Source: Flavobacteriaceae bacterium UBA5544 (GTDB lineage Bacteria > Bacteroidota > Bacteroidia > Flavobacteriales > Flavobacteriaceae). Taken from it: a stretch of 64,000 nucleotides of DNA. Where the stretch lies: positions 173,433 through 237,432 of the forward strand of contig DINI01000028.1 in assembly GCA_002426755.1 (NCBI GenBank). The letters are read 5' to 3'. The position numbers and the translations under genes are program-made. Under the pieces are notes generated by a model that was given only the letters and a program-made list of their open reading frames with translations, searched no databases and was not told the origin of the DNA. Positions 9,574 to 19,163 of the stretch are shown piece after piece. Every line of letters starts with the position of its first letter. Positions within the stretch are counted from its first letter, which is position 1.

Positions 9574-9709
9574 AAGCCTCAAGGCAATAGTATCTAGCTT
9601 GAGCCCAACTTCCGTTAGTTGGGAATGAATCAAGTTCTTATCTCGTGCAAGTCTAACATTGGATAAGTTTTAAATTTAATTTGAAAAGAGAAATTGCGTC
9701 TTGAGGCTT
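9574..9709. ncRNA. Putative structured RNA or palindromic element
   Basis: Closing stem AAGCCTCAAG-GCAAT / ATTGC-CTTGAGGCTT enclosing hairpins AGCTTGA..CCCAACT/AGTTGGG..TCAAGTT and CTTATC/GATAAG. Confidence 0.4.
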
Positions 9710-9804
9710 TTATCAATTTATAAATCCCATAAAAGATAACATCCTTTTAACATATTGCTGAATTGAATTTGGAATACCTTTACTGCTTGTTCTAAAAACA
9801 TTCA

Positions 9805-10710
9805 ATGAATTCAAAATATTATATCTCGGTCATCACAGCCTTCAGTATTTGGGGCTTTTTTAGTGTGGTTCTAAAATCGTTGGATGACTTTTCCGCATTT
9901 GATATTTTGACTTATCGTTCATTGATCTCTGTTTCGATCATGTTGCTTGTTTCTTTATTGCTTCGTCCCAAAGCTCTGAAGTCAAACATCAATTTATTCC
10001 AATCCCAAACCAAACAAATCAAACGTCGTATTATATTTATCAATGCAATTAGCGGGTTGTTTTTGGCGCTCAATTGGTATATTTTTATTTATGTGATGAA
10101 CAATGTGAGTGTCAGTGCGACTTCGTTGGCATATCTGATTTGCCCTATCCTGACGATGGTGTTGGCTTATCTTATCTTAAAAGAAAAATTGTTCAAACTG
10201 CAATGGTTGGCTGTTGTATTGAGCTGTATTGCGTGTCTTTTGATGTCTTTGGGAGATTTTATAAACCTCTTCTACAGCATGATTATAGCGTTTACGTATG
10301 CTATTTATTTGGTATTACAACGCAAAAACCAAGAAATGGATCGATTTTTAGTTCTCACGGCACAAGTGTTTTTTGCTGTGCTATTATTATTGCCGTTTTT
10401 CTCCGTTTATGAAACCACAACTGAAAAGACACCGTTTTTTTATGGCATGTTGTTATTGATTGCAATTGTTTTTACAATCATTCCAATGTTCTTGAATATT
10501 TATGCTTTAAAAGGACTGAATTCATCTGTAGTGGGTGTTTTTATTTACTTGAATCCAATTATCAATTTCCTTTTGGCAATTTTCTATTTTAAGGAAGAAA
10601 TTACATTATTGCAAGGATTGAGCTATCTTTTGATAATAATATCAATCATCATTTTTAATTTTTCATCATTAAAAAATAGAATCAATAGAAGAAGAGCTGC
10701 CCATATTTGA
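9805..10710 (+). CDS. rarD: EamA/DMT-family transporter RarD
   Basis: AFSIWG start, NWYIFIY, SLAYLICP, EKL..LQW, FIYLNP; about 10 TM helices. Confidence 0.85.
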   Translation: MNSKYYISVITAFSIWGFFSVVLKSLDDFSAFDILTYRSLISVSIMLLVSLLLRPKALKSNINLFQSQTKQIKRRIIFINAISGLFLALNWYIFIYVMNNVSVSATSLAYLICPILTMVLAYLILKEKLFKLQWLAVVLSCIACLLMSLGDFINLFYSMIIAFTYAIYLVLQRKNQEMDRFLVLTAQVFFAVLLLLPFFSVYETTTEKTPFFYGMLLLIAIVFTIIPMFLNIYALKGLNSSVVGVFIYLNPIINFLLAIFYFKEEITLLQGLSYLLIIISIIIFNFSSLKNRINRRRAAHI

Positions 10711-10714
10711 GATA

Positions 10715-12160
10715 TTAAGAATCTAAATCGAAGGTTTCGGTTGGATTTTTGGTGTCATGATAATCCAGCATTTGCTCTCCATCAGCGATAATTGTGCAAA
10801 CGGTTGCATCTCCTGTAACGTTTACTACGGTCCTAAACATATCCAAGATTCTATCAACAGGAAAAATAATGGCTATCCACGCAGGGTTCAGTCCGACCGA
10901 ATCGAGAACAATAATGAGCATAACCAGTCCTGCACTTGGGACGGCTGCAGAACCTATCGAAGCCAAGGTAGTGGTTAAAACCACCGTAAGTTGTTGTCCA
11001 ATGGTCAAATCTATCATGTGCATCTGTGCTAAAAAAATCACGGCAACTGCTTGGTACAAACTGGTTCCATCCATATTTACGGTTGCTCCAATAGGCAATA
11101 CAAAACTGCTCACTTTTTTATTGACTCCAAGATTTTCTTCTACACACTCCATAGTGACAGGAAGCGTCGCAGCACTACTAGAGGTTGAAAACGCCAATGT
11201 TTGAGCAGGACTCATTGCTTTGAAAAAACCTGCATAAGGTATTTTTTTGACAAATGTTTTTAGAATTGCAGGATAGGTGATAAATATCATAATCAGTAAT
11301 CCAACGAGAACAGTCAATGAATACCAGCTTAAACCTTTAAATATTTCAACAACTTTCCCAATATCATCACCAGCCATTTTGCTCACGACTCCTGCCAATA
11401 GTGCAAATACAAAAAATGGTGCAGCTTGCATGACTAAATCGACCATTTTGAGAAAGACTTCGTTGATACTGTCAACCAAATTCACAACAGGTTGAGCTTT
11501 TTCGGTCGGAATAAACAAAAGACATACACCAAAAAAGATTGCGAAAAAGATAATCTGAAGCATCAATCCATTATTGGAAAGTGAGTAGAAAAAGTTATCA
11601 GGTACAATATCGATTAAAGGTTGTAAGGGTGAGGTATTTTTCTGCTTTTCTGCTTTTTCCAGTTTATCGGCTACCGAAACTTCTTTTAAATCTGCTTTTG
11701 ACAGTTCTGTGATTTTCTGTGCCCGTTCAATGAATGCCGGATCGTGCAAATAATTAATGCCGTCTTTAATTTCATGACCTTGGGATGCAGCCCATATCTC
11801 ATAATTAATACGATTGTCAATTCGGCTTTGTTCATCAATGAGTTTGCCTGGTTTTATGGTGTTCACCAAAATTAGTCCCAAGGAAATTGCAAAAACGGTT
11901 GTCAGCAAATAAATCAACAAGGTCTTCCCTCCCATTCGCCCCAAACTTTTAGGGTCGCCAATATTTGCAACGCCACTGATAATTGAAAATAGTACCAACG
12001 GAACGGCAATGAGTTTTAATAAATTGATGAAAATAGTACCAAATGGGTCAATCCAATTAATGGTGAATTCGCTCCAGCCCATTGAACTTGACAACAGTGC
12101 CCAAATGATACCGAGCGTCATTCCAATTAGGATTTTCCAGTGTAATGCTAGTTTTTTCAT
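10715..12160 (-). CDS. Dicarboxylate/amino acid:cation symporter (GltP/DctA family)
   Basis: AFSTSSSAATLP, LPIGATVNMDGTSLYQ, DRILDMFRTVVNVTGD. Confidence 0.95.
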   Translation of the reverse strand: MKKLALHWKILIGMTLGIIWALLSSSMGWSEFTINWIDPFGTIFINLLKLIAVPLVLFSIISGVANIGDPKSLGRMGGKTLLIYLLTTVFAISLGLILVNTIKPGKLIDEQSRIDNRINYEIWAASQGHEIKDGINYLHDPAFIERAQKITELSKADLKEVSVADKLEKAEKQKNTSPLQPLIDIVPDNFFYSLSNNGLMLQIIFFAIFFGVCLLFIPTEKAQPVVNLVDSINEVFLKMVDLVMQAAPFFVFALLAGVVSKMAGDDIGKVVEIFKGLSWYSLTVLVGLLIMIFITYPAILKTFVKKIPYAGFFKAMSPAQTLAFSTSSSAATLPVTMECVEENLGVNKKVSSFVLPIGATVNMDGTSLYQAVAVIFLAQMHMIDLTIGQQLTVVLTTTLASIGSAAVPSAGLVMLIIVLDSVGLNPAWIAIIFPVDRILDMFRTVVNVTGDATVCTIIADGEQMLDYHDTKNPTETFDLDS

Positions 12161-12241
12161 AATCTATAGTGATTTTTTAGCCCTGATTGAAGCGATATCC
12201 TTTTGCTTTTTTGCAAAAGATAAAGCGGAAAGCAGGAATAG

Positions 12242-13303
12242 CTACTTATACGTTTTATTGAACAGCCAAAAATCTGCCAGGACCAACGCTGCCATAGCTT
12301 CTACAATCGGTACAGCTCTTGGCACCACACAAGGGTCATGGCGACCTTTGCCTTGCATTTCTACGATTTGACCCTGATTATCCAAGGTGTTTTGTTTTTG
12401 AATGATGGTCGCAACGGGTTTAAAGGCAACCCTGAAATAAATATCCATACCATTGCTAATGCCACCTTGAATGCCTCCGGATAGATTGGTTTTGGTGGTT
12501 CCGTCGGCGTTGAACTGGTCATTGTGTTCACTACCTTTCATTTTGGCTCCACAGAAACCACTTCCATATTCAAAACCTTTGACCGCGTTGATGGAGAGCA
12601 TTGCTTTGCCCAATTCTGCGTGAAGTTTATCAAAAACGGGTTCGCCCAGTCCGATCGGCACATTTTGAATTACACAAGTCACCGTTCCTCCTATGGTATC
12701 ACCTTCTTTTCTTATCGCTTTTATTTTTTCAATCATTTGATTCGCAATTGATTCGTCTGGGCAACGTACATCATTACTTTCAATTTTGGAGAAGTCTAAA
12801 TCTTGATAGGGTTTTTCTAAAAACAAATCTCCTACAGAAGATGTGTAGGCATAAATTTTAACATCTTTCAACACTTGTTTTGCAATCGCACCAGCCACAA
12901 CTCTACAGGCCGTTTCTCTTGCTGAACTGCGTCCACCTCCTCTATAATCTCGAATGCCATATTTTTTGTCGTAGGTATAATCAGCGTGACTTGGTCTATA
13001 GACATCTTTAATATGCGAATAGTCTTTTGATTTTTGATTGGTGTTTTTAATTGTAAAACCAATTGGGGTTCCTGTAGTTTGCCCTTCAAAAATTCCTGAT
13101 AAAAATTCGACAGTGTCAGGTTCTTTTCGTTGTGTCACAATTTCAGATTGTCCGGGTTTTCGTCGATTCAATTCGGATTGGATGGCTTCCATATCCAAAA
13201 CAATACCTGATGGACAGCCATCTAAAACACCGCCAATTGCCGGACCATGTGATTCGCCAAATGTAGTCAGTTTAAATAAAGTTCCAAAGGAGTTTCCAGC
13301 CAT
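12242..13303 (-). CDS. aroC: Chorismate synthase
   Basis: [32 protein letters not shown] signatures. Confidence 0.98.
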   Translation of the reverse strand: MAGNSFGTLFKLTTFGESHGPAIGGVLDGCPSGIVLDMEAIQSELNRRKPGQSEIVTQRKEPDTVEFLSGIFEGQTTGTPIGFTIKNTNQKSKDYSHIKDVYRPSHADYTYDKKYGIRDYRGGGRSSARETACRVVAGAIAKQVLKDVKIYAYTSSVGDLFLEKPYQDLDFSKIESNDVRCPDESIANQMIEKIKAIRKEGDTIGGTVTCVIQNVPIGLGEPVFDKLHAELGKAMLSINAVKGFEYGSGFCGAKMKGSEHNDQFNADGTTKTNLSGGIQGGISNGMDIYFRVAFKPVATIIQKQNTLDNQGQIVEMQGKGRHDPCVVPRAVPIVEAMAALVLADFWLFNKTYK

Positions 13304-13487
13304 AAGATGTATTTTATGCTAATGTAATTGTATTATTAGACATAGAAAAATAGATTTTTAAATCAGATTTAATGAGGTCGACGTGTTCAAGATAACAATT
13401 TCGTAACAAATTACTCACAGTTAATTAATTACTGTTTAAAGATTAGTTAATGTTAATGTCTGTTCTTTGCCATAGAATCTTAACCTT

Positions 13488-14336
13488 TTGAAATTAAAAC
13501 GAAAAGTAGAAATTGCCGTTATCTCAGATGTTCATCTTGGGACTTATGGTTGTCATGCCAAGCAACTGTTGACGTATCTCAATAGTATTCAGCCTAAAAA
13601 ACTGATATTGAATGGGGATATCATTGATATTTGGCAGTTTAGTAAACGTTACTTTCCAAAAGCGCATCTTCGTGTACTCAAGAAAATTCTTGATATGGCT
13701 TCCGAAGGAGTGGAAATCATCTACATTACAGGCAATCACGATGAAATGTTGAGGAAATTCAGTGAAACCACTATTGGTAACATTTCCATAGTTGATAAAA
13801 AAGTATTAGAGTTGGATGGCAAAAAAGCTTGGTTCTTTCATGGTGATGTGTTTGATGTTTCCATCCAAAATGCAAAGTGGCTTGCAAAATTAGGAGGCTA
13901 TGGCTACGACTTGCTTATTCTGCTTAATCAATTTATTAACTGGATATTACAACTAGTTGGTAAAGAAAAATACTCACTTTCAAAAAAAATCAAGAATAGC
14001 GTAAAAGGTGCCATTAAATACATCAATGACTTTGAAAAAGTAGCGTCAGATTTGGCCATTGAAAATGGTTATGATTATGTGGTTTGTGGGCATATTCATC
14101 AGCCGAAAATGCTTATAAAGGAAAACAAGATTGGAAAAACAATGTACCTCAATTCAGGTGACTGGGTGGAGAATTTCACGGCCTTGGAATATCAGTTCAA
14201 ACGCTGGAAAATCTACAACTATAACTTTGATAAGCTCTCCCCTTTTTTTGCAGACGAAGACATCAAGGAAATGGATGATATGGAGTTAAAGGATTTAATC
14301 GCAGCCATCACCATTATCAAACCATCTTCAGATTAA
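13488..14336 (+). CDS. LpxH-like metallophosphoesterase (UDP-2,3-diacylglucosamine diphosphatase family)
   Basis: SDVHLG, NGDIID, GNHD, FHGD, CGHIH, NSGDW motifs. Confidence 0.85.
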   Translation: MKLKRKVEIAVISDVHLGTYGCHAKQLLTYLNSIQPKKLILNGDIIDIWQFSKRYFPKAHLRVLKKILDMASEGVEIIYITGNHDEMLRKFSETTIGNISIVDKKVLELDGKKAWFFHGDVFDVSIQNAKWLAKLGGYGYDLLILLNQFINWILQLVGKEKYSLSKKIKNSVKGAIKYINDFEKVASDLAIENGYDYVVCGHIHQPKMLIKENKIGKTMYLNSGDWVENFTALEYQFKRWKIYNYNFDKLSPFFADEDIKEMDDMELKDLIAAITIIKPSSD

Positions 14337-17258
14337 TGCCCTTCTTAAAATGGAGATTGGATGCAAAGCTTCTCGTTGAGTTCCATCTTTTATTTGATGC
14401 CTGCAGCTCGTTCCGTTAGCGGAAATGATGGTGTCATTTGAAGCATTGCGAATTGCAGGAAACAATGTTTGTTCTCCAATCTGCATACTGACCTTGTAAT
14501 GTTCTTTTTCGTACCCAAAACTTCCAGCCATACCACAACAACCACTAGGAATAATTGTGACTTTATAATTTTCTGGTAGATTAAGAATGTCAAAGCTTGA
14601 CGATTGATTCCTCAACGCTTTTTGATGACAGTGACCATGAAACTTGATGATTTTTGATTCTAAAGTAAAATGAGAGGATTTTATGTTTCCTAATTTAATT
14701 TCACTTTGAATAAATTCTTCTATCAAATAGCTATGTTTTGCAATCTGTTCTGCGGATACTTTGTCATCGGCTAACTTTGTGTATTCATCAGTAAACGTTA
14801 AAACAGCGGACGGTTCTATGCCAATAAGAGGCATATTTTCTGAAATTTTTTCTTTAAAAATGGATACATTTTTGTTCGCCAGTTCTTTTGCTTCTTTGAG
14901 CAATCCTTTCGATAAATGTGCCCGTCCGGATTCTACATTATGGACTATTTCAACTGAATAATTAAGGGCATTGAGCAGTTCCAAAGCATCTATACCAATT
15001 TGGGAATCTAAAAAATTGGTAAATTCATCATTGAAGAGATAGACTTTTTTGATATAAGCCCCACCGTTTCTATCCAATTTGGAATCTTTGTAAAAGCTTT
15101 TCAAGCTTATATTTGAAAGTAACGGAAGACTTCTCTGTCTGGCAATTCCAAAGGATGATTTTATTATGGACGAAGTCAGCTTATTGCTAAACATAAAATT
15201 CGTCAGTCTGGAAAAGTTGTATCCATAGCTATTCAATTTGTTATTGTGAGCAAATAATTTGGTCCTCAAATTAATACCATTTGCTTTCTGATATTGATAT
15301 TGAAACTCTGCCTTTAAACTCGCGACATCAACACTACTTGGGCATTCACTGGCACAGGCTTTACAGCTTAAGCAGAGGTCAAAAACCTCCTTTAATTCTT
15401 TATGATCAAATTTATTGGGTTTATTGGAATTTGTCAAAAACTCACGCAGTGCATTAGCTCGTGCCCTGGTTGTATCTTTTTCGTTTCGCGTCGCACGATA
15501 ACTTGGGCACATGGTACCACCAAATTCTGGTAATTTTCGACAATCTCCAGAACCATTGCATTTTTCTGCTTCTCGAAGAATTCCTAAAGATGCTGAAAAA
15601 TCAAGGAGCGTTTCTATTTCTGGCTCGATTCTATTAGGTTGATAACGCAAACTTTCATCCATTGGAAACGCATTGACAATTTTACCTGGATTAAAGATAT
15701 TGTCAGGATCGAATGCAGCCTTGATGCGTCTTAATAATTGATAATTTGCCTCACCAATCATAAATGGGATAAATTCCCCCCGAACAATCCCATCACCATG
15801 TTCACCACTCAAAGAGCCTTGATACTTTTTGACCAGATGTGCCACGTCAGTTGTGATTTTTCTGAAGTCAGCTACACCTTTATTGATCTTTAAATTCAAA
15901 ATTGGTCGCAAATGCAACTCACCTGCGCCTGCATGCGCGTAATAAATTGCTTTTTGGTCGTGGGATTTCATTAATTGTGTGAACTCACCAATGTAATTGG
16001 CCAAATCCGGTAAAGCGACAGCTGTATCCTCAATACATGCGGCAGATTTATCATCTCCTATGATATTCCCTAATAATCCTAGTCCCGCTTTCCTAAGCTC
16101 TACAGCTTTGTCTATATCATCACCCATCAAAACAGGAAACGCATAGCTTAAACCCGACTTTTGAACGTCTGAAACCATATTTACGGCTTGCTCGTTTACA
16201 CTTTCCAATGAATTGGCTCTTACTTCACACATCAAAATTGCCTTTGGGTCGCCGATGATAAATTGTCTATTCTGCTGTTGTGTTTTGTTATGTTTTGTAC
16301 AATCTAAAATCGTTTTATCCATCATCTCACAAGTATAGAGATTATGTCTCATCACCATTTCTACACTGTTAAGGCATTGTTCAATGCTATCAAAATGTAA
16401 AGCGACCATTATGGACTCTGTAGGAGGCAAATCATCCAATTGAAGTGTTATCTGTGTTGTGAAGGCCAATGTTCCTTCGCTACCAGACAGCAATTTGGAC
16501 ATATTAAATGATTCTAAAGAATCAGTAAACACTTCACATTTCAACAATTCGTCAATGGCATAGCCTGTATTGCGTCGATGTATTTCGGGCTTTGGAAAAT
16601 TATCTTTAATTTGATTTTGAATGGTTTTTGATTCCAATTCGTTATAAATAGTCTTGTAAATATGACCTTCGAGTGTGTTTAATTTTAGTTTTTGATTAAA
16701 CTCATCCAATGACAGGTTTTTAAAAACTACTTCACTCCCATCGCTCAAAATGGCTTGAAGTTCCAAAACCTTATCCCGTGTCACACCATATTGAATTGAG
16801 GTTGTGCCAGACGAATTATTACCTACCATTCCTCCTATCATGCATCTGTTGGATGTAGATGTATTGGGTCCAAAGAACAAGCCAAAAGGTCTCAAATAGT
16901 TGTTCAATTCATCACGAACCACACCTGGCTGCACAGTGACCGTTTTGGTCTTTTCGTTGATATCTATAATTTTGGTAAAGTATTTAGATACATCTACCAC
17001 GATACCATCACCAACGCACTGACCTGCCAACGAAGTTCCTGCGGTTCTAGGAATCAACGAAGTGTTATTCGTTTTGGCAAAATCAATCAAATCTTTGATG
17101 TCTTGTTTGTCTTTTGGATAGGCAACTGCAAGTGGCAATTTTCTGTAAACGGATGCATCGGTTGCATAAATAGATTTTATCAAATCATCATATAACAATT
17201 CTCCTTTGAGATTGACACTCAACAGACCTAATAAAGAGTTAATATTCGTTGCATTCAA
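14328..17258 (-). CDS. FAD-binding/Fe-S oxidoreductase (FAD-linked oxidase plus 4Fe-4S and CCG domains)
   Basis: PRTAGTSLAGQ, GSEGTL, GEHGDG, CLSCKACASECP, HGHCHQ, CCGMAGSFG. Confidence 0.92.
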   Translation of the reverse strand: MNATNINSLLGLLSVNLKGELLYDDLIKSIYATDASVYRKLPLAVAYPKDKQDIKDLIDFAKTNNTSLIPRTAGTSLAGQCVGDGIVVDVSKYFTKIIDINEKTKTVTVQPGVVRDELNNYLRPFGLFFGPNTSTSNRCMIGGMVGNNSSGTTSIQYGVTRDKVLELQAILSDGSEVVFKNLSLDEFNQKLKLNTLEGHIYKTIYNELESKTIQNQIKDNFPKPEIHRRNTGYAIDELLKCEVFTDSLESFNMSKLLSGSEGTLAFTTQITLQLDDLPPTESIMVALHFDSIEQCLNSVEMVMRHNLYTCEMMDKTILDCTKHNKTQQQNRQFIIGDPKAILMCEVRANSLESVNEQAVNMVSDVQKSGLSYAFPVLMGDDIDKAVELRKAGLGLLGNIIGDDKSAACIEDTAVALPDLANYIGEFTQLMKSHDQKAIYYAHAGAGELHLRPILNLKINKGVADFRKITTDVAHLVKKYQGSLSGEHGDGIVRGEFIPFMIGEANYQLLRRIKAAFDPDNIFNPGKIVNAFPMDESLRYQPNRIEPEIETLLDFSASLGILREAEKCNGSGDCRKLPEFGGTMCPSYRATRNEKDTTRARANALREFLTNSNKPNKFDHKELKEVFDLCLSCKACASECPSSVDVASLKAEFQYQYQKANGINLRTKLFAHNNKLNSYGYNFSRLTNFMFSNKLTSSIIKSSFGIARQRSLPLLSNISLKSFYKDSKLDRNGGAYIKKVYLFNDEFTNFLDSQIGIDALELLNALNYSVEIVHNVESGRAHLSKGLLKEAKELANKNVSIFKEKISENMPLIGIEPSAVLTFTDEYTKLADDKVSAEQIAKHSYLIEEFIQSEIKLGNIKSSHFTLESKIIKFHGHCHQKALRNQSSSFDILNLPENYKVTIIPSGCCGMAGSFGYEKEHYKVSMQIGEQTLFPAIRNASNDTIISANGTSCRHQIKDGTQREALHPISILRRALI

Positions 17259-17399
17259 GTTAAAGATGGTATTCGTTTAGAAGTAATTTCGTGATAAATT
17301 TAAACGTTATAAACCAATTTTAACAGAAGTTTGACGTTATATTTCATACAACAGAAATGTTAAATTGTATTTTTGTTAAAACTTAAAAACTCAAAATTT

Positions 17400-17903
17400 A
17401 TGAAAAGATTTTTTTTAATTGGTATGGCCTTATTTGGCTTTACAGCAGTCATAACTGCGCAGGATATATCTGAAAATGCCATTGGTCTTCGATTAGGTGA
17501 CAGTGATGGCTTTGGTGCTGAAGTATCATATCAAAGAGCTGTAGGTAGTGATAATAACCGATTGGAATTTGATTTGGGGATCCGTAATGGAAAGAACTAT
17601 GATGGTTTTAAATTGGTAGGGTTATACCAATGGGTGTGGAACATAGATGGTGGTTTTAATTGGTATGCAGGCCCTGGTGCAGGACTTGCCTCCTACAACT
17701 ATAAATATAGAGCCAATGGCAATGATTTTGATGATGATTATACATTTGCATTTTTGGCTGGTGACATAGGTATTGAATACAATTTTGATATTCCTTTAAT
17801 GATTTCACTTGATTTTAGACCGGAATTTGGTTTAGGTGATAGTGATTACCGTAATGATAATTTAGATTTTGATATTGGAATCGGTATTAGATATCAGTTT
17901 TAA
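17400..17903 (+). CDS. Small outer membrane beta-barrel protein
   Basis: ATG at 17400 preferred; signal peptide, amphipathic strands, terminal GIGIRYQF. Confidence 0.75.
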   Translation: MKRFFLIGMALFGFTAVITAQDISENAIGLRLGDSDGFGAEVSYQRAVGSDNNRLEFDLGIRNGKNYDGFKLVGLYQWVWNIDGGFNWYAGPGAGLASYNYKYRANGNDFDDDYTFAFLAGDIGIEYNFDIPLMISLDFRPEFGLGDSDYRNDNLDFDIGIGIRYQF

Positions 17904-17925
17904 ATAACAATTTGAATATAAAATG

Positions 17926-17954
17926 AAACCACCTCTATATGGAGGTGGTTTTTT
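17926..17954 (+). terminator. Intrinsic terminator
   Basis: AAACCACCTC/GAGGTGGTTT followed by T run. Confidence 0.85.
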
Positions 17955-18005
17955 ATTTATAATCATTTGTAAATATTAAAGGGTCAATAATTAATAAAAA
18001 TACAT

Positions 18006-19145
18006 TTAAACAAACCTTGAACAAGACTTCAAGGTCCGTTGATATAAGGATTCATATTGAGGTACAATGTTATTGATGTCAAATTTTCTGGAAGCTTCCT
18101 TGGCATTTTGTTTAAATTGCATCAACCTGTTTGGATCTTTCAATATGTGAATAGAATTTTTTGACATATCCTCCACGTCATTTACTTCACTCAAAAACCC
18201 AGTAACACCTTCAATATTAACTTCTGGAATACCACCTGTATTGCTAGAAATAACAGGAACGCCAGACGCCATAGCTTCCAATGCTGCCAAACCAAAACTT
18301 TCGGTAAGTGAGGGCAAAAGAAAAAGATCACTAAAACAAAGAATTTTGTCTATCTCATTGCTGTTACCAAAGAAAACTACTTTATCGGAGATACCGAGTT
18401 CTTTGCACAAACGTTCTGCATTTAATTTTTCAGGACCCTCACCTACCATCATCAACTTTGCCGGGATTTCCTTTTGAATGTTATAAAAAATATTGATGAT
18501 ATCTGGTATTTGCTTCACTTTCCGGAAATTACTGATATGGGTGACAATCTTTTCCTTCTCCGTTGCCATAATCTCACGTTGACAATCGGTAAAATGGGTT
18601 TTGTATTTACTGATGTCAATAAAATTTGGGATAACATCTATATCTTTTTTAATGTCAAATAAGCGAAGTGTATCGTCTTTCAGACTTTGAGAAACCGATG
18701 TTACGGCATCAGATTTGTTGATACTAAAGGTAACAGCCGGTTTATAAAAAGGATGACTTCCAACAAGTGTAATATCTGTTCCGTGAAGCGTTGTGACTAT
18801 TGGAACGTAAATACCTTCTTCCTGAAGCATTTTCTTCGCCATATAAGCCGCATAAGCATGAGGGATGGCATAATGAACATGCAGTATTTCTATGCCATGT
18901 AATTTGACCATATCCACAAGCTTACTGGATAGTGCCAATTCATAGGGTTGATATAAAAATAATGGATATTCAGGTACGTTCACTTCATGATAATGGACAT
19001 TGCTTCCGAGTAAATCGAGTCTAACTGGTTGGCTATAGGTGATAAAATGAATTTCATGGCCACGTTTAGATAGGGCAAGTCCCAATTCTGTAGCAACAAC
19101 ACCACTTCCTCCAAAAGTTGGATAACATACGATTCCTATTTTCAT
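18006..19145 (-). CDS. bshA: N-acetyl-alpha-D-glucosaminyl L-malate synthase (GT4)
   Basis: CYPTFGGSGVVATELG, HVHYAIPHA, TTLHGTDIT, ESFGLAALEAMA. Confidence 0.95.
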   Translation of the reverse strand: MKIGIVCYPTFGGSGVVATELGLALSKRGHEIHFITYSQPVRLDLLGSNVHYHEVNVPEYPLFLYQPYELALSSKLVDMVKLHGIEILHVHYAIPHAYAAYMAKKMLQEEGIYVPIVTTLHGTDITLVGSHPFYKPAVTFSINKSDAVTSVSQSLKDDTLRLFDIKKDIDVIPNFIDISKYKTHFTDCQREIMATEKEKIVTHISNFRKVKQIPDIINIFYNIQKEIPAKLMMVGEGPEKLNAERLCKELGISDKVVFFGNSNEIDKILCFSDLFLLPSLTESFGLAALEAMASGVPVISSNTGGIPEVNIEGVTGFLSEVNDVEDMSKNSIHILKDPNRLMQFKQNAKEASRKFDINNIVPQYESLYQRTLKSCSRFV

Positions 19146-19163
19146 ATCAAATTACTTAAAATT

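Noticed and set aside
9574-9709. SAM-I riboswitch, SRP or 6S RNA assignment
   Set aside because: CTTATC/GATAAG encloses only ~19 nt with no SAM-I core; no SRP GGAA/AGCAG loop; not a single long bubble hairpin
14328-14336. Convergent overlap of the LpxH-like and FAD oxidoreductase genes
   Set aside because: 9-bp tail overlap, ordinary in compact genomes (likewise 43091-43096 and 47673-47680)
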